A stretch of 63,478 bases of DNA, filler included, from an uncultured Synergistales bacterium (GTDB lineage Bacteria > Synergistota > Synergistia > Synergistales > Aminobacteriaceae), in assembly GCA_937897575.1 (NCBI GenBank). It is 4 parts of 4 records of this genome, joined end to end, with 100 filler letters (N's around TTAATTAATTAA, not from the genome) between each part and the next. Parts side by side here need not be neighbours in the genome. Positions count along the whole stretch, not along the records: positions 51,667 to 63,478 come from CALCQG010000028.1; 3 more parts are not named here. One strand, written 5' to 3'. Below are positions 59,222-63,478 of this stretch, piece after piece. Below the pieces are notes generated by a model, which worked only from the letters and a program-made list of their open reading frames with translations, did not search any database and had not been told where the DNA came from. Numbering within the stretch: the stretch's first letter is position 1; the number at the start of each line of letters is the position of its first letter. The translations under genes and the position numbers were made by a program.

Positions 59222-59810
59222 GGCCATCCTCTCCGACGAGGCGAAAAGGATAGAGGCCGTCCTCTTCGTCGCCGGCGGCCCCGTTGCCCTTGATGAGCTC
59301 GCCGGACTGCTCTCCGCGCCCCCCTCCGCCGTGGAGAGGGCTCTCTTCGAACTCCAAGAGGCGCTGGCGTCCCGGGGGCACGGGGTGACCGTTCAACGAA
59401 CCGCGGGGGGATGGCGGATGACCTCGTCCGAGGAGGTCGCCGACACGGTGCTCCGCTTCAGGGACGTGGCCTCGTCGCAGAAGATCCGCCTGAGCAAGGC
59501 GGCGGTCGAAACTCTGGCCGTCCTGGCCTACAACCAGCCGGCGACGAGGAGCGACGTGGAGGACATCCGGGGCGTGCGGTGCGAACGGGTCATCGACACG
59601 CTCCTTGCCCATAGGCTCATCCGCATCGCGGGACGGCGGAAGGGCACGGGATCGCCCCTTCTGTACCGGACGACGGACTTTTTTCTCGAGTCCTTCGGGC
59701 TCTCCTCCATATCGGAGCTGCCGACGCTGGACGAGGTGGAGGAGTTGGCCGCCGACAGGGACGACGCCCCCGTCGCGCTGTCTGACGACGGGCAGGAAGG
59801 AGAGGTGTGA
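59196..59810 (+). CDS. scpB: SMC-Scp complex subunit ScpB
   Basis: IEAVLF, LSKAAVETLA.LAYNQP.TR..RGV and Y.TT..FL..FGL....LP motifs. Confidence 0.93.
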   Translation: MISSSVPCEAILSDEAKRIEAVLFVAGGPVALDELAGLLSAPPSAVERALFELQEALASRGHGVTVQRTAGGWRMTSSEEVADTVLRFRDVASSQKIRLSKAAVETLAVLAYNQPATRSDVEDIRGVRCERVIDTLLAHRLIRIAGRRKGTGSPLLYRTTDFFLESFGLSSISELPTLDEVEELAADRDDAPVALSDDGQEGEV

Positions 59811-60538
59811 CCGTGGAGGGAATCCGGCTGAACCGCTACCTGGCCCTGTGCGGCGTCGGCTCCAGAAGGGGAGCGGAGAAGATCATCGCTGACGGACGGG
59901 TCCGCGTCGACGGAAAGGTCGTCCTGCTGCCGGCCTTCCGCCTGCCCGAGGGAGCCCTCGTGACCGTCGACGGAGCACCGATCCGCCCCGAAGAGATGCG
60001 ATACGTCCTCCTCAACAAACCGGCGGGCTACGTGTGCTCCGTCAGCGACAAGTTCGACCCGGTGGTCACCGAGCTCCTCCCCGAGGAGTTCGCGAACTAT
60101 CGCCTCTTCCCCGTCGGGCGTCTGGACAAGGAGAGCGAAGGCCTTCTCATCCTCACCAACGACGGGATATTCGCCCAGGAGATCCTCCACCCGTCGAAGG
60201 GCATCCTGCGGGAGTACCGAGCGCTCCTCGACCGCGAGATCACGAGAAAGGACGTCCGGCGGTGGCGGGACGGCCTGTGCATCGAGGGGCGAACGTTGAA
60301 GCCGGTGCATGTCCTCATCGAGGAGGAAGAGCCCAGGAACCGATGGGTCACCGTCGTCCTGGCGGAGGGGGTCAAACGGGAGGTCCGGATCATGGCGAAA
60401 GCCCTCGGATTCAACGTCCAGTCCCTCATCCGAAGGAAAATTGGTAAAATGGAGCTGGCGCACCTTCCGACGGGTGCCTGCCGCGCCATGACCCGAGGGG
60501 AGCTCTGGCGGGCCATCCGCCATGGAGCGCTCGTCTGA
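59807..60538 (+). CDS. rluB: rRNA pseudouridine synthase (RluB/RsuA family)
   Basis: S4 domain RLNRYLA..G..SRR; NKPAG, VGRLD and EG..RE.R motifs. Confidence 0.88.
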   Translation: MTVEGIRLNRYLALCGVGSRRGAEKIIADGRVRVDGKVVLLPAFRLPEGALVTVDGAPIRPEEMRYVLLNKPAGYVCSVSDKFDPVVTELLPEEFANYRLFPVGRLDKESEGLLILTNDGIFAQEILHPSKGILREYRALLDREITRKDVRRWRDGLCIEGRTLKPVHVLIEEEEPRNRWVTVVLAEGVKREVRIMAKALGFNVQSLIRRKIGKMELAHLPTGACRAMTRGELWRAIRHGALV

Positions 60539-60593
60539 CGGACAGGGACCCTGTGCCGTCACCACGTCGGAGAGAGCGGAGGAGACGCGAGAC

Positions 60594-61274
60594 ATGACAG
60601 ATCGACCACTGATCGTCGCCATAGACGGGCCGGCAGGTGCGGGGAAGAGCACCGTAGCCAGACGGGTGGCGGCCGCACTCGGCATAGACTATCTCGATAC
60701 GGGGGCACTGTACCGCGCCCTCGCGTTTCACCTGCACTCCGCCGGAATTCCCCCCGTGGAGAGCGGGGCGATGAGGACAGCCCTCTCGCGCCTGTCCCTG
60801 GAGCTTCGCGGCGACACCATCCTTCTGAACGGGGAGGACATAGGGGCCGTCATCCGGTCTCCCTTCGTGGACTCCATCGTATCCCTCTACGCCGCGCTCC
60901 CGCTCGTCCGCGAGGCCTTGCTCGCCATCCAGCGCGAACAGGGGCGCAGAGGCCTTGTCGCCGATGGCCGGGACATGGGGACGGTGGTCTTCCCGACGGC
61001 GGACGTGAAGATCTATCTCACGGCGTCGGACGAGGAGCGGGCCAGGCGGCGGTTCCTCGAGCGGACGGCCCGAGGAGAGGACGCGCACTTCGACGATGTC
61101 CTCTCGGTCATCCGCGAGCGGGACAAGATCGACTCGGGGCGCTCCGTCGCCCCCCTGAAAAAGGCGGACGACGCTGTGGAGATTGACACGGACGGCCTGA
61201 CCGTGGAGGACGTGGAGCGTGCAGTCCTCGGGGTCATCGCGAACCGCCGAAGAGCGGAGGCGCGCTCGCGATGA
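60594..61274 (+). CDS. cmk: Cytidylate kinase
   Basis: IDGPAGAGKST, DTGALYR, DGRDMGTVVFP and RD..D..R..APL motifs. Confidence 0.96.
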   Translation: MTDRPLIVAIDGPAGAGKSTVARRVAAALGIDYLDTGALYRALAFHLHSAGIPPVESGAMRTALSRLSLELRGDTILLNGEDIGAVIRSPFVDSIVSLYAALPLVREALLAIQREQGRRGLVADGRDMGTVVFPTADVKIYLTASDEERARRRFLERTARGEDAHFDDVLSVIRERDKIDSGRSVAPLKKADDAVEIDTDGLTVEDVERAVLGVIANRRRAEARSR

Positions 61275-61915
61275 GCTGGTGGAACCGTCTCTTCTACCTG
61301 CTAACGAGGGGCTTCTTCGCCGTCCTCCTGAAGATCTACAACCGGATCACTGTGCGCTGGACGGAAGCGCTCCCCGACCGGAACGTCATCCTCATAGCGA
61401 ACCACTGCAGCAACCTCGACCCCATCATCCTCGGATCCTTTTTCCCGAGGCAGCTCCGCTATCTGGCCAAGTCGGAACTCTTCGAGTCGAAGCTCTTCGG
61501 CGCCGTGATCCGGGCGCTGGGGGCCGTCCCCGTGGAGAAACAGGACAGCCAAAGCGCCGGAGCGGCCCTCCGCGGATTCCTCAAACTGCTGGAGGACGGT
61601 TCCGATGTCCTGCTCTTTCCCGAGGGCGGACGTTCCTCCGACGGCACGCTGCAGCCCCTCGAGGGCGGCGCGGCGCTCATCGCCATGAAGTCGGGCGCTC
61701 CCGTGCTTCCGGCCTCCATCTCCGGGACCTTCGAGGCCATGCCCATGGGCTCCTCGGTCGTCAGGCCCGCGCGCATCTCCGTGGTCTTCGGCCGAATCAT
61801 CGACCCGGCGGACTACGCCGCCCTTGGGCGCTCAGGCAGGGAGAAGCTCCTCGAGGCCATGCAGGGCGCCCTCGCCGACCTCGAGAGAGAACACGCCTCC
61901 GGCAGGGGCTCATGA
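61271..61915 (+). CDS. plsC: 1-acyl-sn-glycerol-3-phosphate acyltransferase
   Basis: NHCSNLD, LAKSELF and FPEGGRS motifs. Confidence 0.92.
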   Translation: MSWWNRLFYLLTRGFFAVLLKIYNRITVRWTEALPDRNVILIANHCSNLDPIILGSFFPRQLRYLAKSELFESKLFGAVIRALGAVPVEKQDSQSAGAALRGFLKLLEDGSDVLLFPEGGRSSDGTLQPLEGGAALIAMKSGAPVLPASISGTFEAMPMGSSVVRPARISVVFGRIIDPADYAALGRSGREKLLEAMQGALADLEREHASGRGS

Positions 61916-63048
61916 CGGGATCTCGCAAGGCCGTGCTCGCGGCCATCGACCTCCCGGGGCGGCACTTCCCGCCCGACGTGCTTCTCGACGAGCTGGAGCT
62001 CCTGCTCGGCAACCTCGGCATCAGGACCGTCGGACGGGTGACGCAACGGAGAAACGCCCCGGACCCGACGTTCCTCATCGGGCGGGGGAAGGCGGAGGAG
62101 CTGAAGGCCTACTGTGCCGCCGCGGAGGCGTCGCTGCTCGTATGCAACGAAACCCTCTCGCCGGGGCAGAAGATCAACCTCGAGGGGGCCACAGGGGTGG
62201 AGGTGTGGGATCGCCCCTTCGTCATCATGAAGATCTTCGAACGGCGCGCCCGAACCTCCGAGGCGAAGCTGCAGATCGAGATGGCCCTCTGCAAGTATGA
62301 GATCCCTCATCTCAAGGGGCTCGGCGAGCAGATGTCCCGTCTCGGGGGAGGCATCGGCACGCGGGGGCCGGGAGAGACGGAGTTCGAGCGCCACCGCCGG
62401 AAACTCGAGCGCCGGGTCCGCAACATAGCGATCAACCTGGAGACCATCAAGAAGAAAAGAGGCCTTCAGCGGGACCGACGGCGAAAGCTGAGCATCCCTG
62501 TCCTGTCCCTCGTGGGATACACCAACAGCGGCAAGTCGTCCCTCCTTCGGGCGCTGAGCGGGGACAAGACGCTTCTCGTCGAGGACCGTCTTTTCAGCAC
62601 GCTGGACACCTTCATCCGGAAGGTGCACCTCCCCTCAGGCGAAGAGATCCTTCTCGCCGACACGGTGGGCTTCATCCGCGACCTTCCCCCGGACCTCGTC
62701 GCCTCCTTCAGGACGACCCTCGAGGAGATCGTCAACTCGGAGTACATCCTCCTGGTGCTCGACGCCTCGGACCCCGGTCTGAAGGACGTTCTTCCGGTGG
62801 TTGAGGAGACCCTTTCGGACATCGGAGCGGGGGAGATCCCGCGGCTTTTCGTGCTGAACAAGACGGACCTCCTCCCCGAAAGCTCCGTCGCGCTGCTGGA
62901 AGAGTACTTTTCAAGCCGGGGTGAAAAGGTCGTCTCGGTCAGCGCCCTGCAGGGCGCTGGGCTGCCCCGCCTCCTGCGCGCCATGGAGGATTTTCTCGGG
63001 CAGGGGCGCACACTTCAACAGGAAAGGTCTGTTTGCCATGATGCGTAG
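61912..63048 (+). CDS. hflX: GTPase HflX
   Basis: IG.GK..EL, IF..RA...EAKLQ, RGPGETE, GYTNSGKS, DTVGF and NKTD motifs. Confidence 0.95.
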   Translation: MTGSRKAVLAAIDLPGRHFPPDVLLDELELLLGNLGIRTVGRVTQRRNAPDPTFLIGRGKAEELKAYCAAAEASLLVCNETLSPGQKINLEGATGVEVWDRPFVIMKIFERRARTSEAKLQIEMALCKYEIPHLKGLGEQMSRLGGGIGTRGPGETEFERHRRKLERRVRNIAINLETIKKKRGLQRDRRRKLSIPVLSLVGYTNSGKSSLLRALSGDKTLLVEDRLFSTLDTFIRKVHLPSGEEILLADTVGFIRDLPPDLVASFRTTLEEIVNSEYILLVLDASDPGLKDVLPVVEETLSDIGAGEIPRLFVLNKTDLLPESSVALLEEYFSSRGEKVVSVSALQGAGLPRLLRAMEDFLGQGRTLQQERSVCHDA

Positions 63049-63478
63049 CATGACGGGGTTCGCCAGAGAGACCAGGGTCTTCGAGTGGGGGACGCTCACC
63101 GTGGAGATATCCACGGTCAATCACCGGTACCAGGAGCTTTCTCTCAGACTGCCCCGCGAGATGAGCGCCCTCGAAGGGCCCGTCGGAGGGCTGATCCGGT
63201 CGCGTCTTGGACGAGGGAAGGTCCGTTTCTCGGCGGAGATCACCTGGGCGCCTCGGTACAGGACCTTCACGATTGACCGCGACGTCCTTCACGGGTACTA
63301 TAATCAATTAGCGTCCATCGCGCAGGACATGGGCGTCGGGGACAACCCCTCCGTGACCGCTCTGCTGGGGCTTCCCGGCGTGATAGAGGCTCCGTCCTTG
63401 GACGGCACGGTCGAGGAGACCGTGCCAATTTCCGAAACGATGTCGTCACGCATGCGCACCGCTTCTTTCGCCGCGGCT
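63038..63478 (+). CDS. YicC-family endoribonuclease, 3'-truncated (not in the ORF track)
   Basis: Manual translation from ATG 63038: MMRSMTGFARE...EISTVNHRYQELSLRLP...RGKV, open to the window end. Confidence 0.9.
   Translation, partial: MMRSMTGFARETRVFEWGTLTVEISTVNHRYQELSLRLPREMSALEGPVGGLIRSRLGRGKVRFSAEITWAPRYRTFTIDRDVLHGYYNQLASIAQDMGVGDNPSVTALLGLPGVIEAPSLDGTVEETVPISETMSSRMRTASFAAA

Noticed and set aside
63420..63478. Abrupt compositional change at the end of the yicC-like ORF
   Set aside because: Too short to interpret; it could be a variable region or contig-end noise.

Overview
The window joins four separate contigs of a high-GC anaerobic bacterial draft genome with artificial N-TTAATTAATTAA-N linkers (18555-18654, 32505-32604, 51567-51666), so adjacency across linkers means nothing. 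Gene content (amino-acid transport and fermentation, selAB, Firmicute-like veg-ispE-purR and scpAB-rluB-cmk synteny at high GC) suggests a Synergistota member; this is inference. Contig 1 holds a CofE-like ligase, a transglutaminase-like protein, an orphan LivJ, an NCS2 permease with an MBL-rhodanese, a sirtuin/aminotransferase/Ldh_2 operon, an atypical modCAB-modD operon and several hydrolases. Contig 2 holds pyrC-K-D-F-E, an lplA remnant, a frameshifted J-domain gene, PEPCK, MATE, DUF1576, DUF917 and an oxoacid:ferredoxin oxidoreductase alpha subunit. Contig 3 holds tRNAs, mutY with a B12-radical SAM gene, glgB and a putative organophosphate/phosphodiester scavenging locus. Contig 4 holds selAB and core housekeeping genes. 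No CRISPR array, prophage or intact transposase was seen. The best candidates for an uncharacterised system are (i) the 39.7-49.4 kb locus, with an exported phytase-like protein, a Dpp-type ABC importer and a metallophosphoesterase-HAD fusion, and (ii) the ModD-type operon behind a perfect 10-3-10 operator. All family assignments come from motif recognition by eye, without database searches.
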